A DNA stretch of 64,000 nt from Candidatus Omnitrophota bacterium (GTDB taxonomy: Bacteria > Omnitrophota > Gorgyraeia > JAFGHF01), in the NCBI GenBank assembly GCA_020341815.1, contig CP070837.1, positions 1,474,607-1,538,606 on the forward strand, given 5' to 3'. Below the pieces are notes generated by a model. That model ran no database searches. It worked only from the letters and a program-made list of their open reading frames with translations, and was not told the DNA's origin. The position numbers and the translations under genes were made by a program. How positions within the stretch are numbered: position 1 is the first letter of the stretch; each line of letters opens with the position of its first letter. Shown here one piece after another: positions 28,816 through 39,265 of the stretch.

Positions 28816-29579
28816 TGAGGATAAGTTTACCTTTATCTCAATATTTTGAACAAGTAAAAACGGATTTATGGCCATTTATAAGTGCTGTTGTTGTCCGTGA
28901 AGAAAAAAACCTGAATAGAAAGTTCAGAAATAAGGATATATTAGTTCATGCTAACGGCTTTATCAATGATGAATTTGATGAATTAATTAACAATCGTAGA
29001 TTTTTAGAAAAATTGAACTCTTGCGCAAGTCTATTATCATTTGATTTAGGACCATCGTGTCATAAAATCGATTATTCCGAACACGGATATATTGCCAAAG
29101 GCCCGGTTTTAACAGAAAGTCAAATTCTAAGAATTGCAGATAGAAAAATTAGCAATATCCGTAAGTTTTTTAAAGGCATTATATCGGTGGAGAATCTTGA
29201 TTATCATGCATTGGGCGCTTACGAAGTTGTATGCAACCCCGATTTTATAAATAAGTTTGTAGAAAAATTTAATATTTGCTTAACGTTGGATATTGGGCAT
29301 GTGGAAGTAACTTGTAGCAATTTTTCAATAGATCCGTATGATTATTTAGAAAAGTTACCATTATCCAAGGTTGTGGAGATTCATCTGGCGCGTTCTGTGG
29401 GAAGCAGAGATTCACATATGCTGCCTACAGAAAAACAGTATAGATTGTTAGAATTTATTCTGCAAAGAGTTCATGCCCGTTATATTGTCCTCGAATATTA
29501 TTTTAAACCCGAAGGGATTATCCAGGGAAATAGGGAATTAATGCAATTTCTTAAAGATAGAGGCTTATATGAAAATTGA
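28815..29579 (+). CDS. Hypothetical protein, possible xylose-isomerase-like TIM-barrel (sugar-phosphate isomerase/epimerase) fold
   Basis: EIHLARSVGSRDSHMLPTEKQYRLLEFI resembles the metal-binding HL..D...DxH.P motif of AP-endonuclease/xylose-isomerase-like TIM barrels. The evidence is weak. It is joined to the upstream gene by a TAATG junction. Confidence 0.3.
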   Translation: MRISLPLSQYFEQVKTDLWPFISAVVVREEKNLNRKFRNKDILVHANGFINDEFDELINNRRFLEKLNSCASLLSFDLGPSCHKIDYSEHGYIAKGPVLTESQILRIADRKISNIRKFFKGIISVENLDYHALGAYEVVCNPDFINKFVEKFNICLTLDIGHVEVTCSNFSIDPYDYLEKLPLSKVVEIHLARSVGSRDSHMLPTEKQYRLLEFILQRVHARYIVLEYYFKPEGIIQGNRELMQFLKDRGLYEN

Positions 29580-30633
29580 AAAGGAACAAATCTTTCTTTC
29601 AAATATTTACCAAAAATTGTTATTCCATAAAGGGCGAGGCAAAGGCCATCTTTTGAGTTATCTTAAGAATCGAATTCAATGGTATTGGTATCCTCCCCTT
29701 GGAATTGTTTCTCATTTTCCCCCTCATATTGATATAGAGATTTCGACACATTGCAATATGCATTGCCCAATGTGCCCTAGAAGGACTGAAAAGTTTAAGC
29801 AGCTCATAAAAGATCAATTTATGGAAAAGAGAATATTTGAAAAAATAATAGAAGAATGCGCTAAACACAAATTATTTTCAATCCGCTTGAGTCTAAGAGG
29901 CGAATCCTTTATGCATCCTCAAATTTTCGATTTTATTGAATTGATAAAGAAGACTGGAATAAAAGAGGTGGCCTCATTAACAAATGGTTTAGCTTTGACA
30001 CCGGGGAAATTTGAAAGGTTGGTTCAGCTTAAGTTTGACTGGTTGACTATATCCGTCGATGGTTTAGGTTCCACTTATGAATCAATAAGGAAGCCGGCTA
30101 AATTCAAGGAAGCTTTTGAAAAAATTAAAATTTATCACCAGATTAAAAAACGCTATAATTCTTCAAAACCAATGGTTAAAATTCAAGCTGTTTGGTCGGC
30201 GATTAAAGACAACCCTGAAGAATTTTATAGAACTTTTTCACCTTATGTCGATTTAATAGCTTCCAATCCGCTTATTGACTTTTCGCGTGCAAATAAACAT
30301 ATCGGGTACGACGAGAACTTTCAATGTCCATATCTATATCAGAGGATGGTTATCGCAGCCAACGGCTCGGTGCTTTTGTGTTCCTGCGATGATTACGGAG
30401 AATATATTATCGGTGACGTAAGGAATGAGTCTATCTATGAGATTTGGCATGGCCGGAAGATGAACGCAGCGCGAAAGTGGTTTAAAAAGGGAAACAGGGT
30501 CTGGCGGGAAAATGCGCCTTGCAAATATTGCTTTTATCCCAGAAAAAAAGAAAAAGCGGAAGATGCTCTGATTGAAGGGCGCAAGGTAGCGGTAGAGAGA
30601 TATGTTAACCGGCGCGAAGACGTACTTGTATGA
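29569..30633 (+). CDS. Radical SAM enzyme with SPASM-type auxiliary Fe-S domain (paralog of 49815..50822)
   Basis: The radical SAM motif is ISTHCNMHCPMCPRR (CxxxCxxC). The SPASM-type cysteines are CPYLYQRMVIAANGSVLLCSCDD...CKYCFY. It shares multiple collinear blocks with ORF 49815. Confidence 0.8.
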   Translation: MKIEKEQIFLSNIYQKLLFHKGRGKGHLLSYLKNRIQWYWYPPLGIVSHFPPHIDIEISTHCNMHCPMCPRRTEKFKQLIKDQFMEKRIFEKIIEECAKHKLFSIRLSLRGESFMHPQIFDFIELIKKTGIKEVASLTNGLALTPGKFERLVQLKFDWLTISVDGLGSTYESIRKPAKFKEAFEKIKIYHQIKKRYNSSKPMVKIQAVWSAIKDNPEEFYRTFSPYVDLIASNPLIDFSRANKHIGYDENFQCPYLYQRMVIAANGSVLLCSCDDYGEYIIGDVRNESIYEIWHGRKMNAARKWFKKGNRVWRENAPCKYCFYPRKKEKAEDALIEGRKVAVERYVNRREDVLV

Positions 30634-30667
30634 TGCAGACAAAAATAAAAAATGAAGAGGCAGGTCA

Positions 30668-31711
30668 ATGAGAGATAAAGTTAGCATTAATAACAGACAT
30701 ATAGGAAAAGGCCACCCGTGTTATATTATTTTAGAAGCAGGAGTAAACTTTGATGATATAATAGAAGCCAAGAAATTGATTGATTCCGGAGTTCGCCTGG
30801 GGGCGGACTGCATTAAGTTTCAAACATTCCATGCCCAGACGACAGTAATTGAAGGAACAAGCTTAAAAGACGGCAGAGGAATTATAGACCAGCATAAGGA
30901 GTTTACAGAAAGCCAGGAGAAGCAGACAGAGGACTTTCAAAAGAAGTTATTTGCATATGCCAAGAGCAAAGATATAACGGCCTTTTCCACCCCCAGCCAC
31001 TTTAACGATGTTGATTTGCTGGAAAGGATTGCCGATCCCCCAGCCTATAAACTTGGCTCTGACGATTTAACTAATATCCCCTTGCTAAAATACATAGCCC
31101 GGTTGAAGAAGCCAATGATAATTTCATCAGGAGTTTCTTATCTGTCAGAGATAGACACTGCCATCAGGGCGATAAGAGAAGAGGGTAATGACAATATTGT
31201 CTTATTGCACTGTATTTCACAATATCCGGCAAGACCTGAAGATATGAATTTGAGGGCGATGCAGACATTAATCAATACTTTTGATTTGCCTGTTGGTTTG
31301 AGCGACCATACAATGACAAGCTCGATTTCTCTTGCTGCCGTTGCCCTGGGCGCCTGCGTTATCGAAAGACATTTTACTTTAAATAGAGAGTCTCCGGGGC
31401 CGGATAATTTTTTCTCCATGCTGCCTGAAGAGATGGCATTGATTATTAAGGGTATCCGCGAGATTGAGACGGCCTTGGGCTCGCCCTATAAAAAGATTGC
31501 CGGGGCCGAAAAAGACATGCGTCCGGTATTCAAGAAATCAATATACGCCATACGTAATATTAGAGAAGGAGAAATGATTACAGAAAAAAATGTAGATATC
31601 TTAAGGCCGGCAGGAGGGATAGAGCCGAGATTATTGCAACATATTTACGGAATGAGAGTAAGAAGGGATATGTCGGCCGGCGAGCCGCTTACCTGGGAGT
31701 GTTTTAAGTAA
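30668..31711 (+). CDS. N-acetylneuraminate/nonulosonate synthase family (NeuB/PseI/LegI-like), copy 1
   Basis: It shows the NeuB TIM-barrel pattern (CYIILEAGVNFDD...ADCIKFQTF...LSDHT), and the C-terminal SAF domain is present (IREGEMITEKNVDILRP). Confidence 0.9.
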   Translation: MRDKVSINNRHIGKGHPCYIILEAGVNFDDIIEAKKLIDSGVRLGADCIKFQTFHAQTTVIEGTSLKDGRGIIDQHKEFTESQEKQTEDFQKKLFAYAKSKDITAFSTPSHFNDVDLLERIADPPAYKLGSDDLTNIPLLKYIARLKKPMIISSGVSYLSEIDTAIRAIREEGNDNIVLLHCISQYPARPEDMNLRAMQTLINTFDLPVGLSDHTMTSSISLAAVALGACVIERHFTLNRESPGPDNFFSMLPEEMALIIKGIREIETALGSPYKKIAGAEKDMRPVFKKSIYAIRNIREGEMITEKNVDILRPAGGIEPRLLQHIYGMRVRRDMSAGEPLTWECFK

Positions 31712-31712
31712 A

Positions 31713-33428
31713 ATGAATATACTTCTCGTAAATTTGCCATCGTTATCCTTTTCGTTATTGGACGAATCGCTAAGAAATAAAGAGGTTCTGGAAAGTCCGG
31801 TAATATTGCAAATGCCATTAAGCTTGCTTTATCTTTCCTCTTATGCGCGCAGATATGCCAAGCGGGATTTTAACTTGAAACTGCTTGATATTAATAAAGA
31901 GGTTTTTGAGATATTCAAGGAAAGAAAGATGTCGCTTGAGCCCCGGACTAATGAAGGGATACGTGAACGATTTAATTCCATCGTTTCTCAGGCAGTATCG
32001 GACTTCCGGCCGTCTATTGTGGGCATTAATATATTATATGCAACATCCCAGAATACGGGTATTTTTGTCTCTGGAGTATTCCGAAAACTATGTCCCGAGG
32101 CATATATTATAGGCGGCGGGATCCAGGCCACCAATACCTATCGGGAGATATTAAATAAAGGAAGTTTCGATGCCATCGTCCGCGGCGAAGGCGAGATACC
32201 TTTTACCGAATTGATTGATAGCTATAGACCGGAAAAGAAAGAATACCCGATTAGGGGTATCGTAAACCGGATAGACCTTAAGGGAAACAGCAATGACACA
32301 AAAGCAGAGATGGTCGAGGAGTTAGATGAAATTCCTTTTCCAGCCTGGGATTTGCTGGAAGGTCTCGATGACTATATAACTCAGCCAGTTCGCATAAAAG
32401 CCTTATTAGATAATTCTATAAGAGCAATGCCCATTCTTACGACTCGGGGATGCCCGAAGAGATGTTCTTTCTGTGCCTCGCATACGGTGCACGGCCGCAA
32501 AATCAGATCGAGGTCTTTAGAAAATATCTATGAGGAAATTGAAACTATGATTGCAAAGTTTCACATCAATACATTATTTATCGAAGACGACCTTTTTACA
32601 TATGACAGGCAAAGAACCGTAGATTTTTGCCGGGAAGCCATAAAAAGAAATTGGAACTTAAGAATTGAGTTTCCCAATGGGGTTGCGATTTGGACTTTGG
32701 ATGAAGTTTCGATCGATAGCTTAATAAAAGCAGGGACAAAGGTTATTAATATAGCAGTAGAATCCGGCAGTCCCTATGTCCAAAAGCAGATTATTAGGAA
32801 AAATCTTAACCTGGACCATGTCCGCCGAGTGGCGGAGATTATTTCCCGCTATCCCGATATTGAAAGCAGGTCTTTATATGTTATTGGCTTTCCCGGTGAG
32901 CGACAGGAGCATATCGAGCAGACAATGAAGTTTGCCAGATCAATGCCTTGCGACTGGAGTGTTTTTCACATAGCAATGCCGGTGCCCGGCAGCGATCTTT
33001 TTGAGGAATATCTGTCGTTAGGCTACATCAGTCGAGACAGCAATTTCGATGATTTCTGCAAAACATACCTAAACAGGAATTTTGACACTAAGGAATTTTC
33101 TAAGGAAGAAATGGAGGAAATACAAAGCGACTTAAACATAAAAATAAATTTTCTATCAAACAGGAATATCCTAAGGGGGAATTACAAAAAGGCCCTTTCT
33201 CTCTTTCAAAAGATTATCGAGGATTATCCCTTTCATGTCATAGCAAGATATTGCCTATGGAACTGTTTGAGAGCCTTAAAGATGCATAAAGAGGCACAAG
33301 AAGAATTAAACTCCATTTTTTACTGGATTAAAAACGATGAAAAATCTCAAAGGCTTTACGATAAATACAAGTCACTTTTAGAAATACCGGAAGATCTCCT
33401 CAATGCTAAAGATGGATCTAATCTATGA
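31713..33428 (+). CDS. B12-binding (class B) radical SAM enzyme
   Basis: The N-terminal cobalamin-binding module includes VSGVFRKLCPEAYIIGGGIQAT. The radical SAM motif is TRGCPKRCSFCASH. Confidence 0.8.
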   Translation: MNILLVNLPSLSFSLLDESLRNKEVLESPVILQMPLSLLYLSSYARRYAKRDFNLKLLDINKEVFEIFKERKMSLEPRTNEGIRERFNSIVSQAVSDFRPSIVGINILYATSQNTGIFVSGVFRKLCPEAYIIGGGIQATNTYREILNKGSFDAIVRGEGEIPFTELIDSYRPEKKEYPIRGIVNRIDLKGNSNDTKAEMVEELDEIPFPAWDLLEGLDDYITQPVRIKALLDNSIRAMPILTTRGCPKRCSFCASHTVHGRKIRSRSLENIYEEIETMIAKFHINTLFIEDDLFTYDRQRTVDFCREAIKRNWNLRIEFPNGVAIWTLDEVSIDSLIKAGTKVINIAVESGSPYVQKQIIRKNLNLDHVRRVAEIISRYPDIESRSLYVIGFPGERQEHIEQTMKFARSMPCDWSVFHIAMPVPGSDLFEEYLSLGYISRDSNFDDFCKTYLNRNFDTKEFSKEEMEEIQSDLNIKINFLSNRNILRGNYKKALSLFQKIIEDYPFHVIARYCLWNCLRALKMHKEAQEELNSIFYWIKNDEKSQRLYDKYKSLLEIPEDLLNAKDGSNL

Positions 33429-35278
33429 ACATCGCCATTATTGAATATAAAGAGAATATTGTAGAGGCCCTCAAATATTTTCAACCGGAGAATACCCTTT
33501 TTCTGTCTGTAAGCGGCGAGGCGAGTTACTGTTTATCAAAACGAAATATCGATTTTATTACCGATGAGGAAAGGTTGAACCCGGAAGAATTTAAGGCCAT
33601 TGGCGATGAAAACTGCAAAATCTTGGAAAATTGGATTCAACGGCTTGAAGAAAGGTTACAATCAAAAAATTCATTATTTAAAAAGAAGCATTTTTTCCCT
33701 TTTAAGTGGCACTTTTATCGGCTGAAGATATTGCTGGATGCGGTAAGAATAAGAAAAATATTGATAGAGAGGCTGATCGAAAAAGAAAAGCCGTTATCGA
33801 TTGGCGCGCCTCCGGGTGCCGTGCCCCAGAGGATACACGACCACAATCTCTTTTTTCATAAATACGACTCTCTTTATGGAATATTGACGCAAAAGATTGC
33901 TGCTGAAAAAGGAATAGAAATCAAGGTATGGGCAAAGGTTGAGCCCGCCACTAAAAAGCCTCCTGTCGTTGAGGGAATAAAAGCCTCTTTAAGAACATTA
34001 CGGAAGGCCTTAAGAGTAGTATTGGAATCTAACGATTTACTTAAGCATAAGAGAATAAGGGGTAATATCTTGCTCGGTAATCTCTGCTACGATATTGCGC
34101 CACTAAGACAAAAACTCCTGGATAAGTTCAATTTCTATTATTATAAAGACCCTTTATGTATCAGGTCTTTGAGTTCTCTTCTAAAATTGAAACCAAAGAC
34201 GTCGGGTTGTGAGTTTCCCGAGATTGATATTAAAGGTATCTTTAAAGGCCTCCCGGCGACAGGGGATTCGATTGTGGATGAGATTTTAGGCGATAGAATA
34301 GAGAGTTATGCAGAAAGTTTTATTCCTGTTTTATGGAAAGGATTGAATTATTTAGAATCCTTAGATGACCGAAAAGATTTTAAGGCATATATTCATCATG
34401 TTGGAGCATCCGATGCATTTTACGGCCTTCCGGTATATTATTTTGAACGAAAAAAGAAGCCCGTTGTTATTGTTCAGCACGGGACATATGGATTTGTTTT
34501 AAATCAAAATAATAATTTTTGCGAATTCGGCCATAACGGATATTTCCTTGCCTGGGGCGAGGGCGTAAAGGAAGTATATGATGAGCGTAAAAAGGGTAGT
34601 TGTAAAATTATTTCTACGGGTTCGCCTTTGATTGAAGAGATTAAGAAAAAGAGTAAACCGCGAAGGACCATATCTAAAATCTGCTATATCCCCGGCACCT
34701 ACAGAGGTTACACTGCTTATTATCCAAATGGCCAGCCTTGCCTGGACTCAAAGATATTTATTGTGGAAACCAATTTCCTATCGGCTTTGAGGCCTTACGT
34801 AGGAAGATATGACATAATCTATAAAGTAGCCCCTTGGGCCGTCAAAGAATCTGGCGTCTTTGGGAGAAACCCGATGCTTATGTGGATGAGAGAAAATCTG
34901 CCCACGGTAAGAATAGAATCGCGTCCTCTTACATCTGTAATTCACGAATTTGACTTTTTCATTATTGATTTTCCCTCAACCACGCTTATTCAGGCCCTGG
35001 CATCAGGCGCAGAGGTCTTGGTCTATGCTGGAAATCGATGCTATACTTTAGAGGATAATACTCTTGAAATGCTGAGAAAAAGAGCCGTAGTAGCTTGTAA
35101 CGAAGATGACTTCAAAGATAAGATAAAATTGATTTTGGATAAAGGTATAGTGACCTCGAATGTGAAAGATGCTTCTTTTTTGGAAAAATACGGCATACAC
35201 CTTAATAATGGCGAATCCTTAAAGCGCATGGCAGATGAAGTTAATGCTTCCGTGTCGAATCTGAGGATGAACGCATAG
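33425..35278 (+). CDS. Large uncharacterised protein (617 aa), possible GT-B-fold glycosyl/nonulosonate transferase or capsule-polysaccharide-biosynthesis-family protein
   Basis: It has no canonical motifs. The C-terminal region (VIVQHGTYGF...FFIIDFPSTTLIQALASGAEVLVYAG) resembles the second Rossmann domain of GT-B enzymes. It is one of three similar-sized unknowns in the locus. Confidence 0.3.
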   Translation: MNIAIIEYKENIVEALKYFQPENTLFLSVSGEASYCLSKRNIDFITDEERLNPEEFKAIGDENCKILENWIQRLEERLQSKNSLFKKKHFFPFKWHFYRLKILLDAVRIRKILIERLIEKEKPLSIGAPPGAVPQRIHDHNLFFHKYDSLYGILTQKIAAEKGIEIKVWAKVEPATKKPPVVEGIKASLRTLRKALRVVLESNDLLKHKRIRGNILLGNLCYDIAPLRQKLLDKFNFYYYKDPLCIRSLSSLLKLKPKTSGCEFPEIDIKGIFKGLPATGDSIVDEILGDRIESYAESFIPVLWKGLNYLESLDDRKDFKAYIHHVGASDAFYGLPVYYFERKKKPVVIVQHGTYGFVLNQNNNFCEFGHNGYFLAWGEGVKEVYDERKKGSCKIISTGSPLIEEIKKKSKPRRTISKICYIPGTYRGYTAYYPNGQPCLDSKIFIVETNFLSALRPYVGRYDIIYKVAPWAVKESGVFGRNPMLMWMRENLPTVRIESRPLTSVIHEFDFFIIDFPSTTLIQALASGAEVLVYAGNRCYTLEDNTLEMLRKRAVVACNEDDFKDKIKLILDKGIVTSNVKDASFLEKYGIHLNNGESLKRMADEVNASVSNLRMNA

Positions 35279-35285
35279 AAAGCTT

Positions 35286-37145
35286 ATGTTAGATACCGAG
35301 AAAGAATATATTGCAGTATTTGGAGAAGATATATTGGATGGCCTCTGCCTCATTTTATGGGGGTGGCTTAGGAATATAAAAATGATAGTTATTTCTTCGC
35401 CTATGCCTTCCCGCATAACGGATATTTTTAAACGCACGTCCTTCATTAGAAAATATATGAAGAAATCGATTAAAGAGCATAAGAGGGGTTTGGGTAATTA
35501 TAAGGGGCTATGGTATAAGGTAAATGAGGAAGTCATAGATTTGACACTAAGATTTTATGATTGGCGCCTAAAACATAAAAGTAATCTTATTAGTTATTAT
35601 AATAGAGTTCTAACTACCGATAAATTTGAGGCTTATATCAAAAGAAATCTTGCAAATCAAATATTTGCCTTATTGAAATATTTACATCTTGCGAGAATAT
35701 CAAACATTAAGCAAAACAAAATTTTAATAAATAGAAATCCTATTAATGAGTTCGTTGTTGGGTACTTCCAGGATAAATATAAAATTAAATATCAAATAAG
35801 GTGGATTTCATCCGGCTGGCGGGCGTTTGCTTTAGGGGCATATTACGGGTGGCTGTTTAAGCAATGTATCTACAGGGGAATCGTTTTTAATAAAGATAGA
35901 AAAGAATATAAGATATCCAAAGAGGCTGCCTGGGGTTTTTACCAGCCGACATTAAGAGACGATATATTAATAGATAATGATAAATTTAAAAAGAGCGATA
36001 TTTTGATATTAAACTTTAATACAGAACACTCTCCGCGCCTTGAGGCCTTTGAAGAAGCAAAGAAAAGAGGCTTTGCCACCGCTTCCGTTGAAAAGTTGAA
36101 AATCAATATAAACAAAAATATTTTTAGCATCCTGTTCTTCTATCTTTGGGTTCCCGTTAACGTCTATTTTCAATTGCTTTTAAGCAGACAATTATACCTT
36201 TTCTATTACATAATTATGTTTCATAAAGGAGCTTTTCCTGTTGAAATATTAATGAACTCTTATCACATTAAGTGCCACATCTCGGTTATTACTTATGACG
36301 ATATTGCAACAACGATTATTTTAAACAAATACAGGACGAAAAATGTAATTTTTCATTGGAGCGATATGACTTGTTATAAAGGCTATGGATATGCTTTTAT
36401 CGCGCATAATATCTATTTTACCTGGGGTAATATTCATTATGATTATCACGCCGATTATTATTTTGTGGATAAGAAAATCAATACTGGCTGTATATTTAAG
36501 AGAGAATATAATAAGACAGTAGAAAATAGAGAAAGGACAATTAAACGTTTACCCGGTTTTAAAGAAGAAAAGAAGACCGTTATATTCTTTGATTCATCTT
36601 TTAATAATGCCTTCCGTTTTACCGAAGAATTCTTTTTAGAATATTTAGAAATCATAAAAGAATTTTGTAAAAAGAATAAGGATGTTAATGTATTTTTGAA
36701 GCCAAAATCTGAGATGGATAAGTTAAGAATATCCCAGGATAACTACAGTCGATATAAAAAAATATGGAATGAACTTATAAGTTGTGAAAGTTTTATCTAT
36801 CTGAATCCGATAGAATGGAGCGTTGAACAGGCCCTCTCTATATCGGATATTTGCATAAATATGGGAATGAACAGCCCTTCTACGATAGCATTGATATTCG
36901 GTAAAGACGCCCTTTATTACGATAATACAGGCATTACGTCTCATCCCTTTGCTGAAAAGTATATGAATAAAATAGTATTTGAAGATAAAAACCGGCTCTT
37001 TGCGCAGATAAATAACATCTTAAATGGAAGCTTCAGTTGCAAAGATGTTATCAGCGAAGGAGAAATTAGAGAATACGATGCGTTCGAAGATGATGAGGCC
37101 ATGGAAAGGCTAAGGAGCGGTTTATCCGAATTATCAACCGATTAA
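35286..37145 (+). CDS. Large uncharacterised protein (619 aa), possible GT-B-fold transferase (paralogous role to 33425..35278?)
   Basis: It is extremely AT-rich. The C-terminus (SISDICINMGMNSPSTIALIFGKDALYY) is similar in pattern to its neighbour. One internal hydrophobic segment is present. Confidence 0.3.
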   Translation: MLDTEKEYIAVFGEDILDGLCLILWGWLRNIKMIVISSPMPSRITDIFKRTSFIRKYMKKSIKEHKRGLGNYKGLWYKVNEEVIDLTLRFYDWRLKHKSNLISYYNRVLTTDKFEAYIKRNLANQIFALLKYLHLARISNIKQNKILINRNPINEFVVGYFQDKYKIKYQIRWISSGWRAFALGAYYGWLFKQCIYRGIVFNKDRKEYKISKEAAWGFYQPTLRDDILIDNDKFKKSDILILNFNTEHSPRLEAFEEAKKRGFATASVEKLKININKNIFSILFFYLWVPVNVYFQLLLSRQLYLFYYIIMFHKGAFPVEILMNSYHIKCHISVITYDDIATTIILNKYRTKNVIFHWSDMTCYKGYGYAFIAHNIYFTWGNIHYDYHADYYFVDKKINTGCIFKREYNKTVENRERTIKRLPGFKEEKKTVIFFDSSFNNAFRFTEEFFLEYLEIIKEFCKKNKDVNVFLKPKSEMDKLRISQDNYSRYKKIWNELISCESFIYLNPIEWSVEQALSISDICINMGMNSPSTIALIFGKDALYYDNTGITSHPFAEKYMNKIVFEDKNRLFAQINNILNGSFSCKDVISEGEIREYDAFEDDEAMERLRSGLSELSTD

Positions 37146-37164
37146 AAATTGAGGTTTTGACCCC

Positions 37165-38163
37165 ATGGATTTAAAAGGAAAGAAAATACTCATCACAGGT
37201 TCGGAGGGATTTATAGGAAGCCATCTTGTTGAGAGGCTCTTGCAGGAGGATTGCGAAATCAGAGCTTTTGTTTATTACAATTTCTCCAATTCCTGGGGCT
37301 GGCTCGATAGTTTGCATAGGGATGAATTAAACAAAATAGAAATTTTTACAGGAGATATAAGAGACGTCAATAGGGTCAAGGCAGCGGTAAAGGCAACAGA
37401 TGCCGTATTTCATTTGGCAGCATTAATAGGCATTCCCTACAGTTACGATTCTCCGGATCATTATGTAGAGACGAATATAAAAGGCACGCTTAATATTTTA
37501 CAGGCATCAATGGATTCAAGGGTGGAGAAGATTTTGGTTACTTCTACATCCGAAGTTTATGGAACCGCTAAATATGTTCCTATAGATGAAAAACATCCGA
37601 AGCAAGGACAATCGCCTTATTCGGCAACGAAGATAGGGGCAGATTTCATAGCAGAATCGTTTTACAGAAGTTTTGATTTGCCTGTGGTAATAGCAAGACC
37701 TTTTAACACTTACGGACCCCGTCAATCCGCCCGGGCAGTAATACCGGCGATAATAACTCAGCTTTTATCGGGGAAAAAAGAGATAAAGCTTGGAGCTTTG
37801 CATCCGAAGAGGGATTTGGTCTATGTAAAGGATGCGGTTGAGGCATTTATGCAGATAGCCAAATCAGACAAAATCATCGGAGAAGAGATAAATATTGCCT
37901 CGCAGACAGAGATATCCATCGGTGAGCTTGCTCAGAAGCTGATAAGCATGATTAACCCCGAAGCCAGAGTAGTAAAGGACCAGATGAGGCTAAGGCCCCG
38001 GCAGAGCGAAGTCGAAAGACTGCTGGGAAGCAACGAAAAAATAATGAGACTGACAAATTGGAAGCCAAAGTATAGCTTAGATGAAGGGTTGAAAGAAACT
38101 ATCGAATGGTTTAAAAATAAGGAAAATCTCAAATTATATAAGTCGAATATTTACAATGTGTAA
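37165..38163 (+). CDS. NAD-dependent nucleotide-sugar 4,6-dehydratase/epimerase (extended SDR; LegB/PglF-type role inferred)
   Basis: The Rossmann start is ILITGSEGFIGSHLVERLL and the catalytic motif is YSATKIGADF (YxxxK). It is the first gene of a canonical Leg-like operon. Confidence 0.8.
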   Translation: MDLKGKKILITGSEGFIGSHLVERLLQEDCEIRAFVYYNFSNSWGWLDSLHRDELNKIEIFTGDIRDVNRVKAAVKATDAVFHLAALIGIPYSYDSPDHYVETNIKGTLNILQASMDSRVEKILVTSTSEVYGTAKYVPIDEKHPKQGQSPYSATKIGADFIAESFYRSFDLPVVIARPFNTYGPRQSARAVIPAIITQLLSGKKEIKLGALHPKRDLVYVKDAVEAFMQIAKSDKIIGEEINIASQTEISIGELAQKLISMINPEARVVKDQMRLRPRQSEVERLLGSNEKIMRLTNWKPKYSLDEGLKETIEWFKNKENLKLYKSNIYNV

Positions 38164-39253
38164 GCAAATTTACTTAGACGCTCCAAATGTCGGAGAATTA
38201 GAAAAGAAATACCTAATTAAAGCAGTGGACAGTGATTATGTTTCGACTATAGGGCCTTATGTGCCGGAATTCGAAGATATATTTGCCTGCTATTTAGGTA
38301 TAAACAGGGCTGTATCGATTCAAAGTGGAACCGGAGCTATCCATATTGCCCTGCATGAACTTAAGGTAAGCAGGGGTGATGAAGTGATTGTTCCTTGTCT
38401 GACATTTGTCGCATCGGTAAATCCTGTTATATATGTAGGAGCAAAACCTGTTTTTGTGGATGTGGATGATAGAACATGGAATATCGATCCCAAAGAGATT
38501 GAAAAAAGCATAACTAAAAGAACTAAAGCGATAATACCCGTTCATTTTTATGGAAACCCCTGCAATATGGATGAGATAATGCGTATTGCAAAAAAATATA
38601 ATCTTTACGTTATAGAAGATGCCGCAGAGAGCTTAGGGGCCAGGTATAGAGACAGATACACCGGGACATTTGGAGATTTGGGGTGTTTCAGTTTTAACGG
38701 AAATAAAATCATTACTACAGGCGGGGGAGGAATGGTTGTAGGAAACAATGCAGACAGGTTAAAACATATAAAATTTCTTGTAAATCAGGGACAAGATAAG
38801 ACAAAAGGATATTATTATCCGGAGATCGGATTTAACTATAGAATGACAAACATAGAAGCAGCATTGGGTCTTGCTCAGATGGAGAAATTAGACAATTTTT
38901 TAACAAAGAAGAAGACATTTAATAAAATATACAGGGAAGAGCTCGGAGATATCGATATTATCCGATTTCAGGAAGAATATCAAAACGCAAAGAGTTCCTG
39001 GTGGTTAACATCCATTATTTTCGACAAAGATATAGACATTTCCGCATTACAAAAAAGATTAAAAGAAAAAGGCATTCCTGCAAGAAGGGTTTTTATGCCG
39101 GTTACAGAATCTGCGCCTTATAGGCAATATAAACAGGCAGACTTTGGAAATTCTTATCAAATTTATGAAAAAGGTTTATGTTTGCCAAGCTCCACATTAA
39201 ATTCTGAAGATAATATATATTATGTCTGTAGGATAATAAAAGAGTCAATTTAG
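38156..39253 (+). CDS. DegT/DnrJ-family PLP-dependent nucleotide-sugar aminotransferase (LegC/PglE/PseC-like)
   Basis: It has the typical N-terminus (IYLDAPNVGELEKKYLIKAVDSDYVSTIGPYVPEFE), then SGTGAIHIALH...FSFNGNKIITTGGGGMVV. It overlaps the upstream gene with an ATGTGTAA junction. Confidence 0.85.
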   Translation: MCKQIYLDAPNVGELEKKYLIKAVDSDYVSTIGPYVPEFEDIFACYLGINRAVSIQSGTGAIHIALHELKVSRGDEVIVPCLTFVASVNPVIYVGAKPVFVDVDDRTWNIDPKEIEKSITKRTKAIIPVHFYGNPCNMDEIMRIAKKYNLYVIEDAAESLGARYRDRYTGTFGDLGCFSFNGNKIITTGGGGMVVGNNADRLKHIKFLVNQGQDKTKGYYYPEIGFNYRMTNIEAALGLAQMEKLDNFLTKKKTFNKIYREELGDIDIIRFQEEYQNAKSSWWLTSIIFDKDIDISALQKRLKEKGIPARRVFMPVTESAPYRQYKQADFGNSYQIYEKGLCLPSSTLNSEDNIYYVCRIIKESI

Positions 39254-39265
39254 GATAAATTAGAA

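Noticed and set aside
28815-29579. Possibility that the 254-aa protein is a DUF692/MbnB-type di-iron TIM-barrel enzyme partnered with the SPASM radical SAM enzyme (a RiPP-like system)
   Set aside because: I could not recognise the conserved DUF692 His/Asp/Glu ligand spacing with confidence. There is no DUF2063/MbnC partner and no precursor peptide. A sugar-phosphate isomerase-like TIM barrel is equally or more plausible, so I kept only a low-confidence generic call.
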